From positions 2,016,001 through 2,080,000 of the forward strand of contig CAXXVL010000002.1 of the NCBI GenBank assembly GCA_963667845.2: 64,000 nucleotides of DNA, read 5' to 3'. The notes below the pieces were generated by a model that worked only from the letters and a program-made list of their open reading frames with translations, made no database searches and was not told the origin of the DNA. The translations under genes and the position numbers were made by a program. Shown piece after piece: positions 27,582-37,168 of this stretch (the first letter of the stretch is position 1; every line of letters starts with the position of its first letter). The DNA comes from Smithellaceae bacterium. Lineage in GTDB: Bacteria > Desulfobacterota > Syntrophia > Syntrophales > Smithellaceae.

Positions 27582-28703
27582 ATGGACAGGATGGCAGAGC
27601 TCAGGACAATCGTTGATAACCCTTATCCCTATCTTCAAAAACTCAAAGACGAGACCGGCAAAAAAATAGTGGGCACAGTCTGCTCCTACACGCCGGAAGA
27701 ATTGATCTTTGCCGCGGGCGCTCTGCCGGTCCGGCTGTTCGGTTCCGATGCGGGCATTCACCGCGCCGACCTCCATCTCCAATCCTATTGCTGCTCACTG
27801 GTGCGCGGCATTCTTGAAGAAGCGCTGTCCGGAAGGCTGGATCTCCTGGACGGAATGGTCTTTCCGCATACCTGCGACTCCATCCAGCGGCTCTCGGACG
27901 TCTGGCGGCTCAATCTGGTGAGAGCTTTTCACGCGGATGTCGTGCTGCCGGTGAAGCTTACCACACCCAGCGCAAAGCAGTATCTGATCGATGTTCTCCA
28001 GAGATTCAAGCAAGACCTGGAGCATGGACTTAACCGGGAGATCACGGAAGCCGGGTTGATTCATGCGGTCAAAATCTATAATGCGATCCGCGAGGGGATG
28101 ACGCATCTGTATCAATTGCGTTGTGACAATCCTCAGGTTTTAAGCGGGCGGGATTTTAACACCATCATCCGGGCCGCGATGATCATGGACCGCGAGGTCT
28201 TCCTGGAATCGCTTAAGGCCATTGTCGCGGATGCACAGACGGCTGCAGCCGAAGCCAAGTCATTTAACGCGAAGAGATTGATGCTCTCCGGCGGCATCTG
28301 CAATCATCCGGATATTTACGACGCCATCGAGTCGGCGGGAGGCGTTGTGGTCGGCGATGATTTGTGCACCGGTTCCCGGTATTTTGCGGGCGCCATCGAT
28401 GAATCCCTGCCGCCGCTTACAGCCATTGCCGAGCGCTACGTTGAACGCGTTAACTGTCCCGCCAAGCATGCGGGATTGACCAGGCGCGGAGACGATCTCG
28501 TAGCGGCCGCCAGAGCGTGCCGCGCGGACGGCGTTGTTTTTCTGCTTTTGAAATTCTGTGATCCGCATGCGTTTGATTATCCATACGTCAAGGCGATGCT
28601 GGATCGCGAAAAGATACCGTCTCTGCTTCTGGAAATGGAAGAAAGAACCGAGGCGGGCGGACAATTGCAGACGAGGATCGAGACGTTCATTCAGATACTG
28701 TAA
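27582..28703 (+). CDS. 2-hydroxyacyl-CoA dehydratase subunit (HgdB-like)
   Basis: CSYTPEELI.AAG, HTCD, DDLCTG.R, KFCDPH, TR.E.F. Confidence 0.88.
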   Translation: MDRMAELRTIVDNPYPYLQKLKDETGKKIVGTVCSYTPEELIFAAGALPVRLFGSDAGIHRADLHLQSYCCSLVRGILEEALSGRLDLLDGMVFPHTCDSIQRLSDVWRLNLVRAFHADVVLPVKLTTPSAKQYLIDVLQRFKQDLEHGLNREITEAGLIHAVKIYNAIREGMTHLYQLRCDNPQVLSGRDFNTIIRAAMIMDREVFLESLKAIVADAQTAAAEAKSFNAKRLMLSGGICNHPDIYDAIESAGGVVVGDDLCTGSRYFAGAIDESLPPLTAIAERYVERVNCPAKHAGLTRRGDDLVAAARACRADGVVFLLLKFCDPHAFDYPYVKAMLDREKIPSLLLEMEERTEAGGQLQTRIETFIQIL

Positions 28704-28806
28704 ATACACAATGGGGAATGGTCGCGGCCACCCGCCTGCAACGTTCAGGGCATCGGGGCGGCATGATCATCCTCTGCTTTTTTGATAATCAAATGAGGGT
28801 GACGGC

Positions 28807-30087
28807 ATGGATTCTTCGAACTCCGATTTTATGAAAACGCTCGGGATTTATCTGTTTGGCCAGGCCAAGAAATTTTCGCTCCAGTTTAAAAAAGCACCGA
28901 CGATGAAAGAGCTGATGATGGTCTATTACAGCGAGGCCAAATCGGCAAAGCTCACCGGGAAGAAAGTCGCCTGGATCACCAGCGGCGGTCCGGTGGAGCC
29001 GTTGATCGCGATGGACGTCATTCCCATTTATCCGGAAAACCACGGCGCGATGATCGGTGCGTCCAAAATGGGCGCGGGCCTGTGCGAGAAAGCGGAGGCC
29101 ATGGGCTACTCCAGCGATTTGTGTTCCTACGCCCGCTCGGATATCGCCTGCGCGACGGTCAACGGCGGCCCCATCGGCGGGCTCCCGCGCCCCGACATGC
29201 TGGTGTGCTGCAATAACATCTGCGGGACCGTGCTCAAATGGTATGAAATACAGGCGCGCTATTTCAATGTGCCGTTGTTTATTCTCGATACGCCTTTTTG
29301 CCATACGGGTTATTCGGAGGAAGCCGCGCGGTACGTCCGGTCGCAGATCGATGAGTATATCCTCTTCATCGAAGACGTCTGCAGGAAGAAGTATGATTTC
29401 GAACGGCTGAAAGAAGTCGGCCATCTTTCCTATGAGGGGCAGCAGCTCTGGCAGGCCGTCCTGGAAACGGCCGCGCACCGGCCGGCGCCGATGAGCGCGT
29501 TTGACGCGTTTTATCATCTGGCGCTCATTGTGACCCTGCGGGGGACGAAGACGGCCGTCTCGTATTACCAGAACCTGCTCGCGTCGATGCAAGACCGTGT
29601 GGCGCGCGGCGCAAGCGTGGTGCCCGATGAAAAATACCGCCTTTTGTGGGACAACATCCCCATCTGGCCCCGGACGCGGTGGCTGTCGCAGAAGTTCGCG
29701 TCGCACAATGCCTGCCTGGTGGCCGATACTTACACCTCGGCCTGGTGCGGGGCGATGCAGTATATTGACGAAAATAAGTTTCTCGATTCGCTGGCGGAAG
29801 CCTACACGCGGATTTACCTGAATATCGGCGTTGATGAAATGGCGAAAACGGTCATCCGGATGATCGACAAGTATGATGTCGACGGATTTGTGCTGCATTC
29901 CAACCGCAGCTGCAAGCCGTATTCCTTCGGGCAGCTGGATATCCAGCGAATCGTGGAACAGGAAAGAGGGATTCCCTGTCTGATGATCGAGGCCGACATG
30001 GTCGATGACCGCAGCTTTTCGGAGAGCCAGATATCGACCCGCATCGACGCGTTTATGGAGATCATTAAGGACAGGAAAAGAATGTAG
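28807..30087 (+). CDS. 2-hydroxyacyl-CoA dehydratase subunit (HgdA-like)
   Basis: YPEN, DLCSY, CNNIC, HSNRSCK, EAD.VD.R, TRIDAF. Confidence 0.88.
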   Translation: MDSSNSDFMKTLGIYLFGQAKKFSLQFKKAPTMKELMMVYYSEAKSAKLTGKKVAWITSGGPVEPLIAMDVIPIYPENHGAMIGASKMGAGLCEKAEAMGYSSDLCSYARSDIACATVNGGPIGGLPRPDMLVCCNNICGTVLKWYEIQARYFNVPLFILDTPFCHTGYSEEAARYVRSQIDEYILFIEDVCRKKYDFERLKEVGHLSYEGQQLWQAVLETAAHRPAPMSAFDAFYHLALIVTLRGTKTAVSYYQNLLASMQDRVARGASVVPDEKYRLLWDNIPIWPRTRWLSQKFASHNACLVADTYTSAWCGAMQYIDENKFLDSLAEAYTRIYLNIGVDEMAKTVIRMIDKYDVDGFVLHSNRSCKPYSFGQLDIQRIVEQERGIPCLMIEADMVDDRSFSESQISTRIDAFMEIIKDRKRM

Positions 30088-30165
30088 CAGCCATTTTGCT
30101 GCCCGCCCCAGGCGGTCGCGGCGGTTCCCCGGGATCATCGGGGATAGAAAGATAAAAGGTACGAA

Positions 30166-30933
30166 ATGCTGACAGCGGGTATTGATATCGGTTCAATTAC
30201 GGCAAAAGCAGCCCTGGTGGAAGACGGGAAGATTCGCGGCACAAAAATCATCTTTACAGGCTACAACGCCGAAGCGGCGGGCATGAAGGTTTACGAGGAG
30301 CTGCTCTCCGACGCGGGTCTGGATCCGTCGGCGGTTTCCAAAATTGTGTCCACCGGCTACGGCCGCAATTCGGTAAAATTCGCGGACAAGACATTTACCG
30401 AAATTATGGCGCATGCCGCCGGAGCGCATTTTCTGAATCCGGCGATTCGCACGGTTATCGACATCGGCGGCCAGGACTCGAAGGCCGTGGCGCTCGATGA
30501 AAAGGGCAAGGTCAGAAATTTTGTCATGAACGACAAATGCGCCGCCGGGACCGGACGGTTCCTGGAGGTTATGGCGAGGGCGCTGGAAGTGAACCTCGAT
30601 GAATTCGGCGCCATGTCGCTCACATCGTCCATGCCCGCCAAAATCAGCAGTTTATGCACGGTCTTTGCCGAGTCGGAGGTCATCTCGCTGATCGCCCGCG
30701 GTGAAAAAAGACCCGACATCATTGCCGGCATCCATGAATCCATTGCGGCGCGCGTCTCATCCATGCTCGCGCGCATCGGAGTCACCGAACCGGTGATGAT
30801 CACCGGCGGCGTTGCGCGAAACAGCGGAGTTGTGGACGCGCTGGCACGCAAACTCGAAGTCTCGATTGCCGTGTCGCCTTATGCACAGGTGAACGGTGCC
30901 ATCGGCGCAGCCATTCTGGCATCAACTATCTAA
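30166..30933 (+). CDS. Dehydratase activator (HgdC-like ASKHA ATPase, 4Fe-4S)
   Basis: GIDIGS, TGYGR, DIGGQDSK, MNDKCAAGTGRFLE, CTVFAESE, TGGVA. Confidence 0.93.
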   Translation: MLTAGIDIGSITAKAALVEDGKIRGTKIIFTGYNAEAAGMKVYEELLSDAGLDPSAVSKIVSTGYGRNSVKFADKTFTEIMAHAAGAHFLNPAIRTVIDIGGQDSKAVALDEKGKVRNFVMNDKCAAGTGRFLEVMARALEVNLDEFGAMSLTSSMPAKISSLCTVFAESEVISLIARGEKRPDIIAGIHESIAARVSSMLARIGVTEPVMITGGVARNSGVVDALARKLEVSIAVSPYAQVNGAIGAAILASTI

Positions 30934-31143
30934 TCCAGCACGACTTTGAGGAAAAGGAGAGGGATTTGCAACCTCTCCCGCACAGGGTGCGGTGCCTGCC
31001 CGGTTCTCAAGGAATCATATCGCCGCGAATTCATCCACTTACACGGAAGCAAACGAAGGAGCCGGGGGGCTCACTCCAGAATTCATTAGGACATCCGGGA
31101 GCAATCTGATATAGCCTGCCGTTCTACAAACATAAAAAAGGAG

Positions 31144-31590
31144 ATGATGGTGACTTCAGTTGGTGATAATATCGATGCATACTGTTTGAAATGTAAACTG
31201 GTTCTGGCTCATGTGATTTTGTTCAAAGTGGACGGCAAGGTTAATCGCGTCAAATGCAAGACCTGCGGCGCGGAACATAAATACCGCGGCGTCAAACCGG
31301 CCGTGAAGAAAAGTGAGACCGCCGTGCGCGCTCCCCGGGCCGCCAAAGCGGGCAAGACTGCCCGTAAAGAAGTGGCGAACGATGCTCCGCTTGCGTGGGA
31401 TTTGAAGAGCCGCAACATGCAGCCTCAGACGCCTATCCGGGACTATTCCATCAGAGAAAATTTCAAAGCCGGCAGCACGATCAGCCATCCGGTCTTCGGC
31501 GTGGGCTTTGTCGAAAAAGTTCTTTCCGATAAAAGCATTTCCGTCCTGTTTCACGACGCCGTGAGACTGATGGGGATGAATGTTATCTAG
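31144..31590 (+). CDS. Hypothetical Zn-ribbon protein
   Basis: CLKC...H...CKTC...H N-terminus; C-terminal I.HP.FG.G.V SH3-like segment. Confidence 0.75.
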   Translation: MMVTSVGDNIDAYCLKCKLVLAHVILFKVDGKVNRVKCKTCGAEHKYRGVKPAVKKSETAVRAPRAAKAGKTARKEVANDAPLAWDLKSRNMQPQTPIRDYSIRENFKAGSTISHPVFGVGFVEKVLSDKSISVLFHDAVRLMGMNVI

Positions 31591-33320
31591 TCTTTTGATA
31601 AATCATCCGGGTTCTCCGGCGCGCTTGGGGCCTGATCCGGATTCAGCTCGTCAGGATCCTGCTGAAAATAAGCCTTGATCTTCGACCGCACGGTTTCGGG
31701 GATTCTGATTCCGATTTCCCTGATCCGGCTTTCATACTTCTTGAACGAACGGGTATGTTCCCCGGTGTTGATGAAGATTCGGAAATAAGAACGGATGCTG
31801 CCTTCCAGCTCGGAGCGGTATTCCGTGTCCTGATTCAGCAAATCTTCGACGGGGGCGATGAACCGGTAGTTAATCGGGCGGCAGATGGCGCGATAGGCGA
31901 CAAAACGCATAGCCATCTCGTTTTCATAATCTCTTTCCCGGATGGCTTTTTCCACGATATTCAGGTCGATGGTATCCATGATCTGAAAGGCATACTTCGG
32001 CTTTAAAACGGTCTCGATAATCTTTTCGGCCTCCTGGTACTCGAGGCAGGCGTTGATATCTCCGGCGAAGGCCGGGTCGCAGCGCACGTAGACCACGAAG
32101 TCGATGTCCGACGTGGTTTCGGCAAGCCCCATGTTGGTTGACCCCATGACGTCCATGGCGATATCACCCTGCACATTTTCATCAATCAGCCGCGCGATCT
32201 CTTCGAGTTTTTCGAGGCGCTCATCCGTGGCTTGGGTCTGGAACGTCCGGTAAAACTGCTTGATTTCATTATACAGCCGGACTTCCGGGATGTGGGAATA
32301 CTTGCTTTCCTTCATGTCGAAGTTGCGCCCCTCTTTGAGGGCCGCATATCGTTCAGTGTCCACAAGGGATTCCTGCCACCGGCCGTTCTCGGGATAGTAA
32401 TCGGCAATGTCATGAATGCGGTCGCCGACCAGCTTCCGAAAGACGATTTTTTCCACCTGTCGGCCCTCCATCTCGATGGTGTAAAAGAAGCCGCCCTCAG
32501 CGACGCCGCCGGTCAGCGTTGTGACTTCACCGAAATTGGAGGGGTTGAGATAGATCGTATTTTCCGTCATCTGAAACCCCCAGTCCATGTGGACATGGCC
32601 GGTCAGGCACATCAACACCTGATTGTTGTCGCAATAGTGCCGGAGGGCCGACGAGCCTGACGTTCCGAATTGATTTACCCGGTCGTGAACGCCGTGAGCC
32701 GGCTGGTGGGTGACGATGATATCGGGCTTCACGGCTTTGAAGAAATTGTACATTTCATTGCGGCCGCTCTCGAAGGGCACGTCTCCCTGGTAACGCACGA
32801 CGTAGCGCTCCGGGACGCCCGGTGTCCAGATGTCCGCGCCTCCGTACCCGGCGATTTTCAAATCCTTCATGCTGTGCCAGTGCAGATGGAGGTCTCTTTC
32901 GTGCAGGGCGGTGTATTTCAGATCCATGTCGTAATTGCCGGGCAGGGCGAACATCTGGGCCTTCGGTTTGATGGAAAGAATGTTTTCGAGCACCTTGTAT
33001 TTTTGCTGCAGGACGCGGCGCGCGCGGATGGTGTACTGCTGATACTTCGTCCCGTTTTCTTCGATTTCCGCCGACAGGTCCGGCATATCGAGCAGCTCAT
33101 CCACAAAGTCCTCGATGGTCATCGATTCCTTATGCATGCGAATGCGCAGACCGTGAAAATAGGACTGCAGTTCGTGGTAGTGAATGGCAGTGGCCATGTT
33201 GTAGAACGGAATATCGATCAGGTCACCGGCGATAATGAAAACGTCGGCCACCGTTTCGGACAATAATTGTTTGACGCGGTCAAACGCCCCGTGAATGTCG
33301 GCGATATAAATAATTCTCAA
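31587..33320 (-). CDS. Metallophosphoesterase fused to a Pol-beta-type nucleotidyltransferase
   Basis: DIHG, AGD, PGNYD, VTH, GHVH; C-terminal MGS-x10-DIDF plus distal MD; TTG start with AGGAGG. Confidence 0.8.
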   Translation of the reverse strand: MRIIYIADIHGAFDRVKQLLSETVADVFIIAGDLIDIPFYNMATAIHYHELQSYFHGLRIRMHKESMTIEDFVDELLDMPDLSAEIEENGTKYQQYTIRARRVLQQKYKVLENILSIKPKAQMFALPGNYDMDLKYTALHERDLHLHWHSMKDLKIAGYGGADIWTPGVPERYVVRYQGDVPFESGRNEMYNFFKAVKPDIIVTHQPAHGVHDRVNQFGTSGSSALRHYCDNNQVLMCLTGHVHMDWGFQMTENTIYLNPSNFGEVTTLTGGVAEGGFFYTIEMEGRQVEKIVFRKLVGDRIHDIADYYPENGRWQESLVDTERYAALKEGRNFDMKESKYSHIPEVRLYNEIKQFYRTFQTQATDERLEKLEEIARLIDENVQGDIAMDVMGSTNMGLAETTSDIDFVVYVRCDPAFAGDINACLEYQEAEKIIETVLKPKYAFQIMDTIDLNIVEKAIRERDYENEMAMRFVAYRAICRPINYRFIAPVEDLLNQDTEYRSELEGSIRSYFRIFINTGEHTRSFKKYESRIREIGIRIPETVRSKIKAYFQQDPDELNPDQAPSAPENPDDLSKD

Positions 33321-33448
33321 AAAAAATATCCTCCTGATGTCAAAGATGACGCAATCGACTAAGCGTAAGTTAAAACGATTGCGGCCCTAATATAATCTGT
33401 ACCGTCCGGTATTGCAACATCGCAATGAACGGGCAACCGCCGGACGAT

Positions 33449-34630
33449 TCACCGCGTCTCTCTTACGGAGCGGATGAGGAGCGGCGCCAGGCACACGCAG
33501 GCGGCGGCAAATATAAAAAGCGCTCTGAGGCCCATGGCCGCGGACAGCAGACCGCCGGCCAGCGGTCCGATCAGGTTGCCGATTAAATAGCCGCTTTGAA
33601 ACATGCCGTAAATGCCGCCCCGCTCATGCTCGTCCGTGGCGTGGCGAACGGTCGAATTGATGACCGGCAGCATGCCGGAAACAAAAAGCCCCAATCCCGC
33701 CCGCAGGGCCGCGAGCTGATACGCATTGGTGACAAAGGCCTGCGGCAATAGAAAAATAATCGTTCCCAGCGCGGCGATCATCAAAACTTTTCTTGGGCCC
33801 AGCGTGTCCGACCGTTTGCCCCAGAACGGAGCGGACAGAGCGCTCATGAGCCCGGTGATGCCGAAGACCAGGCCGCTTACGAGACCCACATAGGCCTGGG
33901 GGACTTTCAGATACTCCACGTACAGGCTGATAAAAGGGGCGATGAAAAATACGGAAAATTGCACCAGGATGAGGAGCAGAAACAGACTGCGCAACTCCGG
34001 GGATTGAAGAATCCGGTTAAAATTGTGCTTGAGCCTGGCGAGCCCCGGTCCGATGATCGGCTTAAAATCTTCATGAACGTAGAGATAAACGACGGCGGCC
34101 CCGATGGCGCACAGCAGGCCCGTCGTGAAAAAAATGGGGCGGATGCCGGCAAAGTGCATGAAGACGCCGCCCAGAAAAGGACCGAGAATCAGACTCGATA
34201 CCAGCGCCGACTGCAAAGTTCCCAGGGCATAGCCGGTTTTTTCCGGCGGTGAAGACGACGCCATGAGCGCCAGCGACGGGGCGATGAAACCGGAAAGCAG
34301 TCCCTGAAACAGGCGGCACAGCACAAACTGCGGCGCGCTTTGCGCGAAACCCATCAGAACATTGGCCAGGGCAAGCCCCATCATGGCCCGGACGATCATC
34401 ATTTTCCGTCCGTAACGGTCGCCCAGGATCCCCCAAAGCGGCTGCATGAACGCCGAGATCACGAAGGGAGCGGCATAGGCGACGCCGCTCCAGATTTTCA
34501 CGGACTTGTCACCGGAGATTCCCAGATCGCGCAGGTAAAACGGAAGAAAAGGGGTAACGAGGCTGAGGCCCATTGCGGCGATGAACTGTGCGCACCAGAG
34601 GCTGTAAAGATTTTTTTTCCAGGATTCCAT
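33449..34630 (-). CDS. MFS transporter (MdtG-like)
   Basis: WKKNL, PFLPFY, WG.LGDRYGRK motif A, about 12 TM helices. Confidence 0.9.
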   Translation of the reverse strand: MESWKKNLYSLWCAQFIAAMGLSLVTPFLPFYLRDLGISGDKSVKIWSGVAYAAPFVISAFMQPLWGILGDRYGRKMMIVRAMMGLALANVLMGFAQSAPQFVLCRLFQGLLSGFIAPSLALMASSSPPEKTGYALGTLQSALVSSLILGPFLGGVFMHFAGIRPIFFTTGLLCAIGAAVVYLYVHEDFKPIIGPGLARLKHNFNRILQSPELRSLFLLLILVQFSVFFIAPFISLYVEYLKVPQAYVGLVSGLVFGITGLMSALSAPFWGKRSDTLGPRKVLMIAALGTIIFLLPQAFVTNAYQLAALRAGLGLFVSGMLPVINSTVRHATDEHERGGIYGMFQSGYLIGNLIGPLAGGLLSAAMGLRALFIFAAACVCLAPLLIRSVRETR

Positions 34631-34838
34631 TTTATCGAATGCAGAAACGTCTTGCGCGTTTCGCCTAAGACCTATTCTTTTGTCGTCTTTGTTCGTCACG
34701 CTCTCACAGCTTTGGGGAAAAGTCAAATGATCGGCCCCAAGCCGTATTGCTTTTCACCAGCCCCGATCTTATATTGAAAGCGTGAGGGAGCGAGCGCTTT
34801 GTCAAAATTAATCTAATCACCTTTAAAGGAGAGGCAAG

Positions 34839-35294
34839 ATGGAAGATGTTTTATCTGCTTGTTCGGTAACGATGAATATTCCGGTGGCCTGGGGCGAAAT
34901 GGATTCCATGGGTCACGTCAACAATATTATTTATTTTCGCTATTTTGAAACGGTCAGAATTGAATACTTCAACCGTCTGGACATGCTGGGCTATCAGCGC
35001 GAATCGGGCATCGGGCCGATCCTCGCCTCCACCGAATGCCGCTACAAAATGCCCCTGCAGTACCCCGATACCGTTATCGCCGGGACCAAAATCCTCAGCA
35101 TGGAAGAGGACCGGTTCGTCATGGGCTACGAAGTTTTCAGCACGAAACACAAAAGAATAGCCGCCGACGGCGAGGGTGTGATTGTAACTTACGACTACCG
35201 CAATAACACCAAGGTTCCCATTCCCGCGGCCCTCAGAGCAAAAATCATGGACCTGGAAAAGATAGGCGATGATCCCAAGATGGTGGGACTGTAA
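34839..35294 (+). CDS. Acyl-CoA thioesterase (4HBT family)
   Basis: V.WGEMDSMGHVNN..Y.RYFE..R. Confidence 0.9.
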   Translation: MEDVLSACSVTMNIPVAWGEMDSMGHVNNIIYFRYFETVRIEYFNRLDMLGYQRESGIGPILASTECRYKMPLQYPDTVIAGTKILSMEEDRFVMGYEVFSTKHKRIAADGEGVIVTYDYRNNTKVPIPAALRAKIMDLEKIGDDPKMVGL

Positions 35295-35308
35295 TTCGAA
35301 ATAGGCTA

Positions 35309-37024
35309 TTACCGCAACCGTCCTTTTGCCTCTTCAAAAACGGACTGATATTTATCGAAGCCCGCGGGCAGAGCAATGGCATCGTCAAAGCGCAGGGCGT
35401 TCTGAAAATAAGCCAATCCCTTGAGATGGAGTCTTCGGGCCTCGTTGATATTGGCCGGATTGATCCGCGCCAGATTGCTGATGCCCAGGTATATGTAAGC
35501 TGAAGCAATATGTCCTGATCCCCGGATCTTCGTCGTTTTCTCGAAATAACGGGCAGCCTCATCGTATCGTCCGCCCTGAAAGAGCGTTTGAGCTTTTCTG
35601 TAATCGTCCTCACCCGGGTCATGCTCGTCCGGGATCTCTTCCGGGAGATCGGAAACGGCTTTGTCTTCTGTTTTCCCCTTTTGCGGCTGCGGCGGTTTCA
35701 TTTTCTCCTGGAGACTGGCGATGACTCTTCGCGCTTTCTGGAGAAGCGCCAGCACGTCCTCATCCCCCGGGTTATCGCGCAAGGCCAGATTCACGGTGGC
35801 TTTGAACGCGTTGATCATTTTGATAATTTGCGGCGCATTCTTCCTGCGATAACTTGCCCGGTCAGCGGCTTCCATCTGACGCAGAATTTCCCGGGCGGTT
35901 TTTTCCCGTGCGCGGGTTTCTTCTTCAATCAGCCGCCAGGCCGCGGTGTTCAGCCGCCGCACCCGGGAGGGGTCGAAATCGGCAATCAGCATGCCCGAAA
36001 GATGATCGCGGAATTTGTCCCAGTCCTTCTTCTCGATGGCCGATTTGGCTTGCTGAAACCGGGTCTCCGTCTTATCGCCGGCCAGCTTTTGCAGCGCCTG
36101 GCAGACGTCGGAAGTCTCCTTCCCGGCCGGTTCGGCGTTATGCAGACGATTGCAGGCCCGCAAAGCCCTGGCCGGATTTCTGTCTTTCTCCGTATTTAAA
36201 ATGGCATGCTGCGTGGCGATATAAGAGCGAAGAGAGGCATCCGTGTTTTGGGCAAGCTTCTTCGACCATTTCTTTGCCTCCTCTTCATTTTCGTTTATGC
36301 CGGCCGCGCCTTTATATAATTCGCATAGCTTCACCTGAGAGGGCATTTCCGTCTCGGCGCTTTTCTGATACCAGAGGAGCGCTTCCCCGGGAGAAGCGGG
36401 TGCCAGTTTTCCCTCGAGATAAATGTTTCCCAGCGCAGCCTGCGCCTTGGCGTTTCCCTGCCGGGCGGCTTTTTGATACCAGAGAAGTGCTTCCCGGGGA
36501 TTCACGGGCGTCCCGGCGCCTTCCTGGTAAACCCAGCCCAGGATGAACTGGGCGGCCGGGTTTCCCTTTTGGGCGCTTTGCCGGTATTTTTTAATTCTCT
36601 TCGAGAATTCCGGCGCAAGTCCCCTGTCTTTCAGATACAGCGAGGCGAGCATAATTTGGGATTTTTCATATCCCGATTCAGCGGATCTGAAGAGCCATTT
36701 CAGGGATTCGGCCGTGTTCTGATTGACGCCTGCGCCCCGTTCATACATGACACCCAGATAAAACTGCGCCTCCGGGTCGTCCTGATCTGCCGCCAGTTGA
36801 TACCACCCGGCGGCGATTTTCTGATCTGCGGAAACGTCTGCGCCAAACTCATAAGCTTCGCCGATCAGGACCCGGGACCGGGCATCGCCCTTTTGCGCCG
36901 ATATCCGGAGATGATCGATATCCTCCCGGGTAAGCCGGGCCGGGGCACACGAAATGAGACAGGAAGCCACCGCCCACATGAAGATGATGAGCAATAGTAT
37001 TTTTATTCTTCCTTTGGATTGCAT
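35309..37024 (-). CDS. Sel1/TPR-repeat lipoprotein
   Basis: Lipobox LISC; repeated A..WY.KAA.QG...AQ..LG..Y..G; C-terminal TPR-like helices. Confidence 0.85.
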   Translation of the reverse strand: MQSKGRIKILLLIIFMWAVASCLISCAPARLTREDIDHLRISAQKGDARSRVLIGEAYEFGADVSADQKIAAGWYQLAADQDDPEAQFYLGVMYERGAGVNQNTAESLKWLFRSAESGYEKSQIMLASLYLKDRGLAPEFSKRIKKYRQSAQKGNPAAQFILGWVYQEGAGTPVNPREALLWYQKAARQGNAKAQAALGNIYLEGKLAPASPGEALLWYQKSAETEMPSQVKLCELYKGAAGINENEEEAKKWSKKLAQNTDASLRSYIATQHAILNTEKDRNPARALRACNRLHNAEPAGKETSDVCQALQKLAGDKTETRFQQAKSAIEKKDWDKFRDHLSGMLIADFDPSRVRRLNTAAWRLIEEETRAREKTAREILRQMEAADRASYRRKNAPQIIKMINAFKATVNLALRDNPGDEDVLALLQKARRVIASLQEKMKPPQPQKGKTEDKAVSDLPEEIPDEHDPGEDDYRKAQTLFQGGRYDEAARYFEKTTKIRGSGHIASAYIYLGISNLARINPANINEARRLHLKGLAYFQNALRFDDAIALPAGFDKYQSVFEEAKGRLR

Positions 37025-37168
37025 GGACGAAGGTTACCTTTGTTGCAGCAAAAATGCAAGGATCGGGGATTCTTTATAAAGAAATACAAAAATGGATTGA
37101 ATAATTTCACACATTGTGCTTAATTTTTCCCTATATCTATCAAGCTATTAGGCCTCCGGATAAAAAAC

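Noticed and set aside
27582..30933. Class I benzoyl-CoA reductase
   Set aside because: Only one ATPase subunit and no aromatic-degradation genes nearby; dehydratase-type call preferred, though not proven
30934..31140. Possible small RNA between the activator and Zn-ribbon genes
   Set aside because: Only short hairpins (e.g. GGAGAGG..CCTCTCC); no match to 6S, SRP or riboswitch patterns I can recognise
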